The notes beneath the pieces are model-generated. The model ran no database searches and had not been told where the DNA came from. It saw only the letters and a program-made list of their open reading frames with translations. The position numbers and the translations under genes were made by a program. Positions 31,166 to 42,925 of a stretch of 64,000 nucleotides of DNA are shown piece by piece. Origin of the DNA: an uncultured Gammaproteobacteria bacterium (GTDB lineage Bacteria > Pseudomonadota > Gammaproteobacteria > Steroidobacterales > Steroidobacteraceae). Where the stretch lies: contig CAVZWC010000004.1 of assembly GCA_963778855.1 (NCBI GenBank), positions 117,309 to 181,308 on the forward strand, read 5' to 3'. Position 1 is the first letter of the stretch. The number at the start of each line of letters is the position of its first letter.

Positions 31166-31768
31166 ATGAGCACCTATCCTCGCGCCGCCCTGCTGGTCAG
31201 CGCCGCGCACGAGCGCCAGTTTCCCCGCGGACCTTGGGGCCGAGGTGGCCTTCGCCGGCCGCTCGAACGCGGCAAGTCGAGCGCGATCAACGCGCTCACC
31301 GCGCGCCACGGTCTGGCGCGCACGACCAAGACGCCGGGGCGCACGCGGCTGCTCAACTTCTTCGAGCTGGCGCCGCTGCGGCGCATCGTCGACCTGCCCG
31401 GCTACGGCTACGCGTCCGCGGGTCGCGGCCGAGCGCGCGAACTGGGCGCCGATGATCTCGGCGCTGGCCGCGCGCTCCTCGCTCCGGGGTCTGTTCCTGA
31501 TCGTGGACGCCGGCGCGGCCTGATGCGGGGCGACTGGGAGTTGCTCGACTGGGCCGAGGCCGCGCAGCGGCCGGTGCACGTGCTGCTCACCAAGGCCGAC
31601 AAGCTCAAGCGGGCGGAATCCAGGCAGGCGCTGGCGCGCCGCGACGGCGATGCTGTCCGGCCGGGCAACGATCCAGCCTTTTTCGGCCGTCGACGGCACG
31701 GGCCTCGAGGACGCCCGGCGGCAGCTCGAACGTTGGCTTCGCGACAGCGGTCAAGCCGGCGAAGATTG
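31166..31768 (+). pseudogene. engB: Ribosome biogenesis GTP-binding protein EngB/YihA, frameshifted
   Basis: Fragments read ..[50 protein letters not shown] and, from my own translation, the C-terminus [32 protein letters not shown] ending at 31768. Confidence 0.85.
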
Positions 31769-31779
31769 AAAACCTGGGC

Positions 31780-31876
31780 CAATAAAAAGGCCCCGGTGGC
31801 CGCAGATTGGGGGGGATTGGCCACCGGGGCACAGCGACCCGCTTAGGGAGGGAGCGGGGAGCGCTTGTCGCACTCA
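31780..31876 (-). ncRNA. Candidate sigma-E-dependent small RNA at the Spot 42/ErsA-equivalent locus between polA and engB
   Basis: On the minus strand a sigma-E-type promoter (31883-31910) is followed by ~95 nt. This ends in a 12-bp GC stem (GCCCCGGTGGCC/GGCCACCGGGGC, 31789-31829) plus CUUUUUAUU. An upstream stem-loop exposes CCCUCCCUA, and the terminator loop contains C7. The 5' end is an estimate. Confidence 0.55.
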
Positions 31877-31882
31877 CGGGAA

Positions 31883-31910
31883 GTTGGAGCAGGCCGTCGC
31901 AGAATAGTTC
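31883..31910 (-). promoter_or_regulatory. Sigma-E (RpoE/AlgU)-type promoter
   Basis: The minus strand reads GGAACTA-16 nt-TCCAA, compared with the consensus GGAACTT-N15-17-TCnAA (E. coli RpoE) or GAACTT-N16-17-TCTGA (AlgU). Confidence 0.55.
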
Positions 31911-31951
31911 CCGCGGTTGGCATCGTGGGGCCAAGGGGCCGCCGCGGCTCA

Positions 31952-31988
31952 GAAAAACGACCGGCTGGGGCCCACCGAGAGCAGGGTC
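31952..31988 (-). terminator. Possible polA terminator (imperfect hairpin CGACC-CTG/CAG-cc-GGTCG followed by TTTTTCT)
   Basis: It lies 25-60 nt downstream of the polA stop on the minus strand. The stem is weak (8 bp with a bulge) but followed by a T5 tract. Confidence 0.35.
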
Positions 31989-32013
31989 GGCGTGGAGGTC
32001 TTGCGTCCCGGCC

Positions 32014-34831
32014 CTAGTGCGCCTCGTCCCAGTTGGCGCCGAGGCCGACGTCGACCTTGAGCGGCACGCGCAGCTCGGCCGCCGCCGCCATGAGCGCGCG
32101 CACGCGCGCACTGGCCTGCTCGAGCGACGTCCGCGTCGCACCTCGAGCACGAGCTCGTCGTGCACCTGCATCAGCAGCCGCGCGCGGTGCCGGGTCGCTG
32201 GCACCACGCGTCGACCGCGATCATCGCGCGCTTGATGATGTCGGCCGCCGTGCCCTGCATCGGCGCGTTGATCGCGCTGCGCTCGGCGTACTGCTGCAGT
32301 TGCCGATTGCGCGAGCGGATGTCGGGCAGGTACAGCCGCCGTCCGAACACGGTCTCGACGTAGCCGTCGCGCGCGCGCGCGCTCGCGCGTGTCGTCCATG
32401 TAGCGGCGCACGCCCGGGTAGCGCGCGAAGTAGAGCTCGACGTACTGCGCGGCGGCCGCGCGGTCGATGCCGAGCTGGCGCGCGAGGCCGAAGGCCGACA
32501 TGCCGTAGATCAGCCCGAAGTTGATCGCCTTGGCCGAGCGGCGCTGGTCGGCGCTGACCGCGTCGGGCGCGACGCCGAACACCTCGGCGGCGGTCGCCTG
32601 GTGCATGTCGCGGTCCTCGGCGAAGGCGCGCAGCAGCCCCTCGTCGCCCGACAGGTGCGCCATGATGCGCAGCTCGATCTGCGAGTAGTCGGCCGCCAGC
32701 AGCAGCCAGCCCGGCGGGGCAATGAAGGCCTGGCGGATGCGCCGGCCCTCGGGGCGTGCGGATCGGGATGTTCTGCAGGTTCGGGTCGGTCGAGGACAGC
32801 CGCCCGGTCGCCGCCACGGCCTGGTGGTAGGAGGTGTGGATGCGGCCGGTGCGCCGCGTCGATCTGCTGCGGGAGCTTGTCGGTGTAGGTCGAGCTCAGC
32901 TTGGCGAGCGCGCGGTAATCGAGGATCAGCCGCGGCAGCGCGTGTTCGGCGGCGAGCTCCTCGAGCACGTCCTCGGCGGTCGAGGGCTGGCCGGTCGGCG
33001 TCTTGCGCAGCACCGGGATCTGCAGCTTCTCGAACAGGATCTGCTGCAGCTGCTTCGGCGACTCGAGGTTGAACTCCTGCCCCGCCTCGCGCTGCGCCTG
33101 CGCGCCGAGTTCGGCCAGGCGCTTCGCGAACTCGCCGCTCTGCGCCTGCAGCATCGCACGGTCGACCAGCACGCCGCCGCGCTCCATGCGCTGCAGCACC
33201 GGCACCAGCGGCTGCTCGATCTCGTCGTAGAGCCGCGCGAGCGCGGGCACGGCCTCGAGCTGCGGCCACAGCGCCTGGTGCAGCCGCAGCGTGACGTCGG
33301 CGTCCTCGGCGGCGTACTCGGTCGCGCTGCTCGACGCTGACCTGGTCGAAGCTGAGCTGCTTGGCGCCCTTGCCGGCCACGTCCTCGAAGTGGATGGTCT
33401 CGATGCCGAGGTAGCGCTTGCCGCCATCGAGTCCATGTCGTGGCGGGTCGCGATGCTGTTGAGCACGTACGACTCGAGCATCGTGTCGTAGCGCATGGCC
33501 GCGCAGCGTGATGCCGTGGTTGGCGAGCACGTGCGTGTCGAACTTCATGTGCGCGCCGACCTTGGCGTGGCCGGGATCCTCGAGCAGCTGGCTTGCAGCG
33601 CGCCGAGCACGCGCTCGCGCGCCAGCTGCTCGGGCGCGCCCGGGTAGCCGTGCGCGAGCGGCACGTAGGCGGCCGCGCCCGGCTCGACGCAGAAGGAGAC
33701 GCCGACGATCTCGCGCCTTCATGTAGTCGAGGCCCGTGGTCTCGGTGTCGAAGGCGAACAGGCTGCGCGCCGCAGGCGCTCGAGCCAGCCCAGCGAACAC
33801 GGTCCAGTCGTCGATCATCTCGTAATGCCGCTCGACCGGGTCGGCGCCCGTGATCGGCGGCGCGGAGCTGGCGGCCGCCCCCGGCCCGAGGGCTGTGGCC
33901 GCGGCGGCAGCCGGCATCGCGCGCATGGCTGCGGCGCCGGTGGCAGCACCGGGTGTGCCCGCAGCGCCCTCGCCGCCGTCCAGCGCGCGCAGGAGCGAGC
34001 GCATCTCGAGCCGCGTGTAGAGGTCCCGCAACGCCTCGGCGTCCGCCGGCCGCGGCCGCAGCGCCGCCTCGTCGATCGCGGCAGGTCGAGGTCGCAGCGT
34101 ATCGTCGCCAGCTGGCGCGACAGCTCGAGCGTGTCGAGTGCCGGCGCGCAGGTTCTCGCCCACCTTGCCCGTGATCTCGGCCGCGTGCGCCAGGATCGCG
34201 TCGAGCGTGCCGTACTGCGTGAGCCACTTGGCCGCGGTCTTCGGCCCCACCTTGTCGACGCCGGGGATGTTGTCCGAGCTGTCACCGACCAGCGCCAGGT
34301 AGTCGACGATCTGCTCGGGCTAGACGTCGAACTTCGCCTTGACGCCGTCGCGGTCGAGCAGCGTGTCCGTCATCGTGTTGATGAGCGTGACGCGCTCGTC
34401 GACGAGCTGCGCCATGTCCTTGTCGCCGGTCGAGATCAGCACCTGCTCGCCGGCCGCGGCCGCGCGCGAGGCCAGCGTGCCGATGACGTCGTCGGCCTCG
34501 ACGCCCGCGATGCGCAGCAGCGGCAGGCCCAGCGCCGGTGACGGTCTGCAGCAGCGGCTCGATCTGCGCGCGCAGGTCGTCCGGCATCGGCGGGCGGTGC
34601 GCCTTGTACTCGCGCGAACAGGTCGTCGCGGAAGGTCTTGCCCGGCGCGTCGAAGACCACCGCGAGCCGCGTGCCCGGATACTCCCGCACCAGCTTCTGC
34701 AGCATGTTGAGCACGCCGAGCACGGCGCCGGTGGGCTCGCCGCGCGAGTTGCTCAGCGGCGGCAGGGCGTGGAAGGCCCGGTACAGGTAGGAGGAGCCGT
34801 CGACGAGGATCAGGTTCGGCTTGGGAGGCAT
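32014..34831 (-). pseudogene. polA: DNA polymerase I, heavily frameshifted
   Basis: The N-terminus is [26 protein letters not shown] (5'-nuclease). Other strings are [45 protein letters not shown] (3'-5' exo), [48 protein letters not shown] and [13 protein letters not shown]. The C-terminus GANWDEAH* ends at 32014. These pieces are scattered over all three minus frames, implying at least ~10 frame changes. Confidence 0.9.
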
Positions 34832-34847
34832 CAGGGGACGCGCTTGA

Positions 34848-35081
34848 CTACTGCGCGGTCGAGGGGTCCGGTGCCGGCGGCAACTTGCGGCGCGTGGCGG
34901 GGTCGTCGGCGGGCGGCGTCCCGGGTGGTACGGCCGGGGCCGCCGCGGGTGGCTTGGCCGGCACCCTGGCCGGCGCCTCGTCTGGCAGGTACAGGCCGCC
35001 CTTCTGTCCGCAGCCGCCCAGGATCGACAGCAAGCACACGGCCACGATCGGGGACGGACGAGACCAGTCCTGGTCGCTCAT
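34848..35081 (-). CDS. lptM: LPS translocon maturation lipoprotein LptM (YifL family)
   Basis: The ATG at 35081 gives [35 protein letters not shown], i.e. a lipobox followed by the conserved GxLYLP motif and then a Pro/Ala-rich tail. Confidence 0.7.
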   Translation of the reverse strand: MSDQDWSRPSPIVAVCLLSILGGCGQKGGLYLPDEAPARVPAKPPAAAPAVPPGTPPADDPATRRKLPPAPDPSTAQ

Positions 35082-35085
35082 GGCT

Positions 35086-35532
35086 TCAACTCCCGGCTGG
35101 CGCCAGCGGCGCCGACGGCGGCATCGGCCGCCGCGATCGGAGGGTGAGCCAGCCGCGCGCCACGCGGTAGGCCACCCACAGTCCGACGATCGCAAAGCCG
35201 ATGATGACGATGTAGATGCCGACGACGATCAGGGTCAGTGGGGCGCCCACAAGCAGCGTCAGGCAGACCCAGAGCAGCGCGAACCAGAAGGTGCGGATCT
35301 GCCAGCCGAAGTGGGACTCGAGCCAGGTGCCGCGCACCTCCGACCGGCGCGCATAGTTGAGGATGACGGCGACGATCGAAGGCAGGCCGAACAGGAACCG
35401 GCCGGCGATGCTCGAGCTCGTGAGCACGCCGGTCAGCACGGCGCAGGCGTGCAGGCCGTAGATCCACTGCGTGTAATTGAACAGCCCCGCTGCGGGCTCC
35501 ACCACAAAGGTCTGCTCGTGCGCATCGCTCAT
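35086..35532 (-). CDS. Small integral membrane protein (four predicted TM segments, DUF4870-like)
   Basis: Intact 148-aa ORF with hydrophobic segments and a conserved-looking NYARRSEVRGTWLESHFGWQIRTFW. The family assignment is tentative. Confidence 0.5.
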   Translation of the reverse strand: MSDAHEQTFVVEPAAGLFNYTQWIYGLHACAVLTGVLTSSSIAGRFLFGLPSIVAVILNYARRSEVRGTWLESHFGWQIRTFWFALLWVCLTLLVGAPLTLIVVGIYIVIIGFAIVGLWVAYRVARGWLTLRSRRPMPPSAPLAPAGS

Positions 35533-35685
35533 GGGAACCGCCTGCCGCTCGGCTGCGGGGATCCGCGTGGGCCGCCATGATAATCCGGGTTCGTGGGCAA
35601 GGCTTCCTTAAGGGCAATTGCATCACTCGTGTGACAATAGGACCGCAAGTAGCAATATTGTAGCTGTGTGGCGCACATTTCGCGT

Positions 35686-37312
<1,627 letters not shown>

Positions 37313-37488
37313 GGAAATGGATTCCCCCTCGAGGACCTCTGCAAAGTATAGCCTGCCACGCTGGCGGGCAGCCCTTGCGCGGTTGCCGGTCGCACGGAAC
37401 AGGCTCGGCGTACCCCGCGTGCCAGCGCGGTTGCCAACGTGGTTTGCTACAGTAGCCGCCTCCCAGTTTCCACTGGTGCCGGCGCCCC

Positions 37489-38124
37489 ATGTACACGCTC
37501 TATTACTCCCCCGGTACCGCGAGCCTCGTCATCCATCTCGCCCTGCTCGAGATCGGCGCGCCCTACCGGCTCGAACTCGTCGACTTCGAGAAGAAGGCGC
37601 AGCGCAGCCCGGCCTACCTCAAGCTCAATCCGCAGGGGACGGTGCCGACGCTGCTGATCGACGACCAGCCGTACGCCGAATCGGTGGCCTTGCTGATGAT
37701 GCTCAGCGACCGCCATCCGGATTCGCGCCTGGCCCCGCCCGTGGGCGGCGCGGAGCGCAACGAGTGGTACCAGTGGCTCGTGTACTTGGGCAGCGCGCTC
37801 GGCGCCACCTACCGGTTCTGGTTCTATCCGCCCGAGCTGGGTGCCGAGGAGCACTCCCCGGTCGTGCGCGCGGCGCTCCAGGCGCGCATCGAGGCCGTCT
37901 GGGACCGGCTCGACGCGCGCTTCGCCGCGCGCGGCCCGTACCTGCTGGGCGCGCAGCTCTCGGCGGCCGACCTGCTGCTCCTGATGTACCTGCGCTGGTC
38001 GCGCAACATGCCGCGGCCGGCGCTGCAGTGGCCGGCGCTCAAGGATTTCGCGACGCGGATGCGCGCGCGCGCGAGCTGGCAGAAGCTCTGCGACCTCGAG
38101 GGGCTGACCGAGTGGCGCGCGTGA
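37489..38124 (+). CDS. Glutathione S-transferase
   Basis: Intact 211-aa ORF with an N-terminal thioredoxin-like GST fold (MYTLYYSPGTASLVIHLAL..LNPQGTVPTLL) and a helical C-domain. Confidence 0.85.
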   Translation: MYTLYYSPGTASLVIHLALLEIGAPYRLELVDFEKKAQRSPAYLKLNPQGTVPTLLIDDQPYAESVALLMMLSDRHPDSRLAPPVGGAERNEWYQWLVYLGSALGATYRFWFYPPELGAEEHSPVVRAALQARIEAVWDRLDARFAARGPYLLGAQLSAADLLLLMYLRWSRNMPRPALQWPALKDFATRMRARASWQKLCDLEGLTEWRA

Positions 38125-38146
38125 ACGTCGACGGCGGGCCCGCGCC

Positions 38147-39517
38147 GTGATGCAACCCGGAGAGGTCCGCAGCGCGGCGCAGGCGCGCACCATCGTCGAG
38201 GAGCGCGGCCTGCAACACGTAAAGGTCGGCGTGTTCGACAACGACGGCATCCTGCGCGGCAAGTACATCGACCGCGCCAAGTTCTTCGCCGCGCTCGACA
38301 AGGGGCTGGGCTTCTGCGACGTGGTGCTGGGCTGGGATTCGAACGACCAGCTCTACGACAACGCGCGCTTCACCGGCTGGCACACCGCCTACCCCGACGC
38401 GCAACTGCGGCTGCTGCCGGGCAGCTGTCGCAGCCTGCCGCTCGAAGGCAACATGCTGCTGTTCCTGCTCGAGTTCACCGGCACCGCCGAGCAGGTGTGC
38501 CCGCGCGCGACGCTGCGGCGGGTGCTGGAGCGCGCCGCCGGCCTTGGTTACAGCGCCGCAGCGGCCGCGGAATTCGAATTCTTCGTCTTCAACGAGACGC
38601 CCGAGAGCGTGCGCGCCAAGGGCTATCGGGCCTTGAGCAACCTGACGCCCGGCTACTTCGGCTACTCGATGCTGCGCAGCTCGGTGCACGCCGAGCTCTA
38701 CCAGGCGCTGCTGCAGCTCAGCGCCGAGATGCGCATGCCGATCGAAGGGCTGCACACCGAGACCGGGCCGGGCGTCATGGAGGCCGCGCTGCAGTACTGC
38801 GAGGCGCTCGAGGCGGCCGACCGCGCGGCGCTGTTCAAGACCTACGCCAAGGTCATGATGCAGCGACGCGGGCTCATGGCGACGTTCATGGCGAAGTGGT
38901 CGCAGCAGCTGCCCGGGCAGAGCGGCCACCTGCACGTCTCGTTGGCGCGCCAGGACGGCAGTTCCGTGTTCCACGACGCCGCCAAGCCGCACACGATGTC
39001 GGACGAGATGCGCTGGTTCGTCGGCGGGCAGCAGGCGCTGATGCCGGAGCTGCTGGCCATGGTCGCCTCCACCGTCAACAGCTATTCGCGGCTGGTGCCG
39101 GGCTTCTGGGCGCCGACCAGCGCGACCTGGGGCGTCGAGAACCGCACCTGCGCCCTGCGCGTGATCCAGGGCGGGCCCAGGAGCCAGCGCGTGGAATACC
39201 GCATCGCCGCCGCCGACATCAATCCGTACCTGGCGATCGCGGTGGCGATCGGCTCGGGACTGTGGGGCATCGAGCGGCGCATCGAGCCTGACGCGCCGAT
39301 GGTCGGCAACGCCTATGACCGCAAGCTCCCTGCGAAGCGCCAGCTGCCCCGCACGCTGACCGAGGCCGCCGCGGCGCTGCGGCGCTCGCACGCGGCGAAG
39401 GAGTTGTTCGGCGAGCCGTTCGTCGAGCACTTCGCCGCCAGTCGCGAATGGGAAGAGCGCGAGTTCCGCCGCGCCGTGACCGACTGGGAGCTGGCGCGCT
39501 ACTTCGAAATCATCTGA
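38147..39517 (+). CDS. Glutamine synthetase family protein, gamma-glutamyl-amine (PuuA/IpuC/GlnA4-like) synthetase type
   Basis: Intact 456-aa ORF with type-III/PuuA-like GS catalytic-domain strings (EFEFFVF, HTETGPGVMEAAL, GQSGHLHVSL, NRTCALRV). It is the first gene of a tightly packed operon. Confidence 0.8.
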   Translation: MMQPGEVRSAAQARTIVEERGLQHVKVGVFDNDGILRGKYIDRAKFFAALDKGLGFCDVVLGWDSNDQLYDNARFTGWHTAYPDAQLRLLPGSCRSLPLEGNMLLFLLEFTGTAEQVCPRATLRRVLERAAGLGYSAAAAAEFEFFVFNETPESVRAKGYRALSNLTPGYFGYSMLRSSVHAELYQALLQLSAEMRMPIEGLHTETGPGVMEAALQYCEALEAADRAALFKTYAKVMMQRRGLMATFMAKWSQQLPGQSGHLHVSLARQDGSSVFHDAAKPHTMSDEMRWFVGGQQALMPELLAMVASTVNSYSRLVPGFWAPTSATWGVENRTCALRVIQGGPRSQRVEYRIAAADINPYLAIAVAIGSGLWGIERRIEPDAPMVGNAYDRKLPAKRQLPRTLTEAAAALRRSHAAKELFGEPFVEHFAASREWEEREFRRAVTDWELARYFEII

Positions 39518-40906
39518 ATGACCACGACGCGAACCATCAGCCCGGTCGACGGGCGCGTATACGTCGAGCGGGCCACCGACGGTGGCGCGCAGATCGAGGC
39601 CGCGCTCGGGCGGGCGCAGGTCGCGCAGCGGCAGTGGCGCGCGGTGCCACTGCCTGAGCGCGCTCGGCTCATGGAACGCTTCTGTGCCGCCTTCGAGGCG
39701 CGCGCCGCCGAGTTCGCCCCCGAGTTGAGCTGGCAGATGGGCCGGCCGCTGCGCTACGCGCCGAACGAGCTGCGCAGCACGATCGAGCGCGCGCGCTACA
39801 TGATCGGCATCGCGCCTGCCGCGCTCGCCGACATCGACGTCGGCCCGAAGCCGGATTTCCACCGTTTTCTGCGGCGCGAGCCGCTCGGCGTGGTGTTCAC
39901 GGTCGCGGCCTGGAATTTCCCCTACCTGATCGCGGTCAACAGCGTGGTGCCGGCGCTCATGGCGGGCAACGCGGTGCTGCTCAAGCACTCGGCGCAGACC
40001 CCGTTGTGCGCCGAACGCTTCGCCGAGTGCTTCGCCGCCGCGGGGCTGCCGGCGGGCGTGTTCCAGCTGCTGCACCTCGAGCACGCCGACACCGAGCGCG
40101 TGATCCGCGACCCGCGCGTCGACTTCGTCGCCTTCACTGGCTCGGTGGCCGGTGGCCGCGCGGTGCAGCGCGCCGCGTCCGAGCGCTTCATCGGCGTCGG
40201 CCTCGAGCTCGGCGGTTGCGACCCGGTCTACGTGCGCCACGACGCCGACGTCGCGCACGCGATCGAGAACATCGTCGACGCCGCGTACTTCAATTCCGGG
40301 CAGTCCTGCTGCGGCCTGCAGCGCATCTACGTACACGCGGACGTCTACGAGCGCTTCGCGGCCGGCGCCACCGAGCTCGTGCGCCAGTACGTGCTCGGCG
40401 ACCCGCTCGACCCTGCGACCACGCTCGGGCCAGTCGTGCGCGCGGGCGCCGCGGACGCGATCCGCGCGCAGGTCGCGGACTCGATCCAGGCCGGCGCGCA
40501 ACCGGTGATCGACGAGCGCGCCTTCGCGCGCAGCCGCGCCGGCACGCCTTACCTCGCGCCGCAGCTGCTGCTCGATGCGCCGCCTGACTCGCTGGTGATG
40601 CGCGAGGAGATCTTCGGCCCGGTCGCCGGCGTCATGAAGGTGCGCTCGGACGAGCAGGCCGTGCAGCTCATGAACGACAACGCCTACGGGCTCACGGCTG
40701 CGGTCTGGACGCGCGACGAGGCGGCGGCGCTCGCCATCGGCGACGCGCTGCAGACCGGCACCTTCTTCCAGAACCGGGCGGACTACCTCGACCCTGCCCT
40801 GGCCTGGGTCGGCGTCAAGGACTCGGGGCGCGGCTGCACGCTCTCGCGCATCGGCTACGAGCACCTGACACGGCCCAAGTCGTTCCACCTGCGGGTGAAG
40901 ACGTGA
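39518..40906 (+). CDS. NAD(P)-dependent aldehyde dehydrogenase
   Basis: Intact 462-aa ORF with FTGSVAGGR, LELGGCDP and the catalytic GQSCCGLQRIYV. Its ATG directly abuts the preceding TGA. Confidence 0.9.
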   Translation: MTTTRTISPVDGRVYVERATDGGAQIEAALGRAQVAQRQWRAVPLPERARLMERFCAAFEARAAEFAPELSWQMGRPLRYAPNELRSTIERARYMIGIAPAALADIDVGPKPDFHRFLRREPLGVVFTVAAWNFPYLIAVNSVVPALMAGNAVLLKHSAQTPLCAERFAECFAAAGLPAGVFQLLHLEHADTERVIRDPRVDFVAFTGSVAGGRAVQRAASERFIGVGLELGGCDPVYVRHDADVAHAIENIVDAAYFNSGQSCCGLQRIYVHADVYERFAAGATELVRQYVLGDPLDPATTLGPVVRAGAADAIRAQVADSIQAGAQPVIDERAFARSRAGTPYLAPQLLLDAPPDSLVMREEIFGPVAGVMKVRSDEQAVQLMNDNAYGLTAAVWTRDEAAALAIGDALQTGTFFQNRADYLDPALAWVGVKDSGRGCTLSRIGYEHLTRPKSFHLRVKT

Positions 40907-42066
40907 GCGCGATCCTCAAGGCGAACTGGAACTACCCCACCAAGGTCTGGGCCGGCCCGGGCCGCATCGCCGAGCTGCCGGCGGCCTGCGCCGCGCTCGG
41001 CATCCGCCGCCCGCTGCTGGTCACCGACGAGGGATTGCGCGACGCGCCGATGATCGCGGCGGCGCGCGCGCTCGTGCCGGGCACCGGGCTCTACGCCGGC
41101 GTGCGCGGCAACCCGGTCGCTGCGCACGTCGAGGCGGGGCTCGCCGCCTACGCCCACGGCGGGCACGACGGCGTCGTCGCCTTCGGCGGCGGCTCGGCGC
41201 TCGATGTCGGCAAGCTCATCGCCTTCATGTCCGGGCAGACGCGCCCGATCTGGGATTTCGAGGACGTCGGCGACTGGTGGACGCGCGCCAACGCGCGCGG
41301 CATCGCCCCAGTCGTCGCCGTGCCGACCACGGCGGGCACCGGTTCGGAGGTCGGCCGCGCCGGCGTGATCACGAACGAGGCGCACCAGAAGAAGATCATC
41401 TTCCATCCGGGCATGATGCCCGGCGTCGTCATCAGCGATCCGGAGCTCACGGTCGGGTTGCCGCCCAGCGTCACTGCGGCGACCGGCTTCGACGCCTTCG
41501 TGCATTGCTTCGAGGCTTACTGCACGCCGGGCTTCCATCCGCTCGCCGACGGCGTCGCGCTCGAGGGCATGCGGCTGATCCAGCAATACCTGCCGCGCGC
41601 CTTCGACGACGGCCGCGACCTCGAGGCGCGCTCGCGCATGCTGGCGGCGGCCAGCATGGGCGCCACGGCCTTCCAGAAGGGCCTGGGCGGCGTGCACGCG
41701 CTTGCGCATCCGGTGGGCGCGTACTTCAACACCCACCACGGTCTGACGAACGCCGTGATCCTGCCCTACGTGCTGGTGCACAACGCCGCGGCGATCGCGC
41801 CGCAGCTCGCGGTCATCGCGCGCGTGCTCGACCTGCGCGGCGAGCCTGGCGCGGCCATGCTCGACTGGGTGCTCGCGTTCCGCAAGCGGCTGCAGATCCC
41901 GCACACGCTGGCAGAGATCGGCGTCACGCTCGACGACCCGGAGCTCATCGGCCGCGAGGCCGCGATCGACCCATCGGCCGGCGGCAACCCGCTGCCGACC
42001 GACGCCGCGACCTACGCGCGGCTGTTCCGCTCCGCGGTCAAGGGCGACCTCGGGCTGCAAGGTTGA
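40903..42066 (+). CDS. Iron-containing (group III) alcohol dehydrogenase
   Basis: Intact 387-aa ORF with GGGSALDVGK, VPTTAGTGSEV and His-rich metal-site strings (HCFEAY, GGVHALAHPVG). GTGA overlap with the ALDH gene. Confidence 0.88.
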   Translation: MSAILKANWNYPTKVWAGPGRIAELPAACAALGIRRPLLVTDEGLRDAPMIAAARALVPGTGLYAGVRGNPVAAHVEAGLAAYAHGGHDGVVAFGGGSALDVGKLIAFMSGQTRPIWDFEDVGDWWTRANARGIAPVVAVPTTAGTGSEVGRAGVITNEAHQKKIIFHPGMMPGVVISDPELTVGLPPSVTAATGFDAFVHCFEAYCTPGFHPLADGVALEGMRLIQQYLPRAFDDGRDLEARSRMLAAASMGATAFQKGLGGVHALAHPVGAYFNTHHGLTNAVILPYVLVHNAAAIAPQLAVIARVLDLRGEPGAAMLDWVLAFRKRLQIPHTLAEIGVTLDDPELIGREAAIDPSAGGNPLPTDAATYARLFRSAVKGDLGLQG

Positions 42067-42067
42067 A

Positions 42068-42922
42068 ATGAGTCGCGCGCGCGTGCTGATCATCGACGGT
42101 AACCTGGCCGCGACGCGCGAGCAGCAGGTGGCTGCAGGCGGCCAGCCTTCGGGCGAGGGCTACGCCGCCGTGCTGGCGCAGCTCGGCCCGGTCGACTGCG
42201 ACATCGCGCGGCCGGCCGACGGTGAAGTGCGGTTCGCTGCTGGCGTCGGCCTCGCCGACTACGACGGCGTCGCGATCACGGGCTCGGCCCTCAACGTCTA
42301 TGACGGCGGTGCGCACATCACGCGCCAGGTCGAGCTGGTCCGCGCCGTGCTCGAGGCCGGCGTGCCCTGCTTCGGCAGCTGCTGGGGCATGCAGGTTGCC
42401 GTGACGGCGCTCGGCGGCACGGTGCGCCCGAATCCGCTGGGCCGCGAGTTCGGTTTCGCGCGCCGAATCGCGTTGACCGAGTCCGGGCGCGCGCATCCCC
42501 TGTACCTCGGCAAGCCGGCCGTGTTCGAGGCCGTCACGGTGCACAAGGACGACATCGGCAGCTTGCCCGCGGGCGCCGTGGTGCTGGCCGCGAGCGACAT
42601 GGGCCTGCAGGCCGTCGAACTGCGGCTCGGGGCGAGCGTATTCTGGGGCGTGCAATATCACCCGGAGTACAGCTACGCCGAGATCGCCGCGACCGCGCTG
42701 CGCTATGGCGAGGTGCTGGTGCGCGAGCGGCTGTTCGCCGACCGCGCCGCGCTCGAGGCTTACGTCGCCGAACTGCGGGCGCTGCAGGCGCAGCCGCACG
42801 ACCGGGCGCTGAACTGGAAGCACGGCCTCGGGCCGGCGCTGCAGGATCCGCGGCTCAAGCTCGCCGAGCTGCACAACTGGCTCGCACTGCAGGTCGGGCC
42901 CCGCCACCAGCAGCGCCACTGA
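42068..42922 (+). CDS. Class I glutamine amidotransferase-like hydrolase (candidate gamma-glutamyl-amide hydrolase)
   Basis: Intact 284-aa ORF with the nucleophile elbow GSCWGMQ and YHPE (His-Glu of the triad). It starts 1 nt after the ADH stop. Confidence 0.8.
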   Translation: MSRARVLIIDGNLAATREQQVAAGGQPSGEGYAAVLAQLGPVDCDIARPADGEVRFAAGVGLADYDGVAITGSALNVYDGGAHITRQVELVRAVLEAGVPCFGSCWGMQVAVTALGGTVRPNPLGREFGFARRIALTESGRAHPLYLGKPAVFEAVTVHKDDIGSLPAGAVVLAASDMGLQAVELRLGASVFWGVQYHPEYSYAEIAATALRYGEVLVRERLFADRAALEAYVAELRALQAQPHDRALNWKHGLGPALQDPRLKLAELHNWLALQVGPRHQQRH

Positions 42923-42925
42923 GCG

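Noticed and set aside
38039-40888. 949-aa minus-strand ORF, the longest in this part of the track
   Set aside because: It lies exactly antisense to the well-supported GS-like and aldehyde dehydrogenase genes. Its composition is dominated by Arg, Ala, Gly and Pro from the GC-rich third-position mirror frame, and it has no recognisable motifs. It is a shadow ORF.
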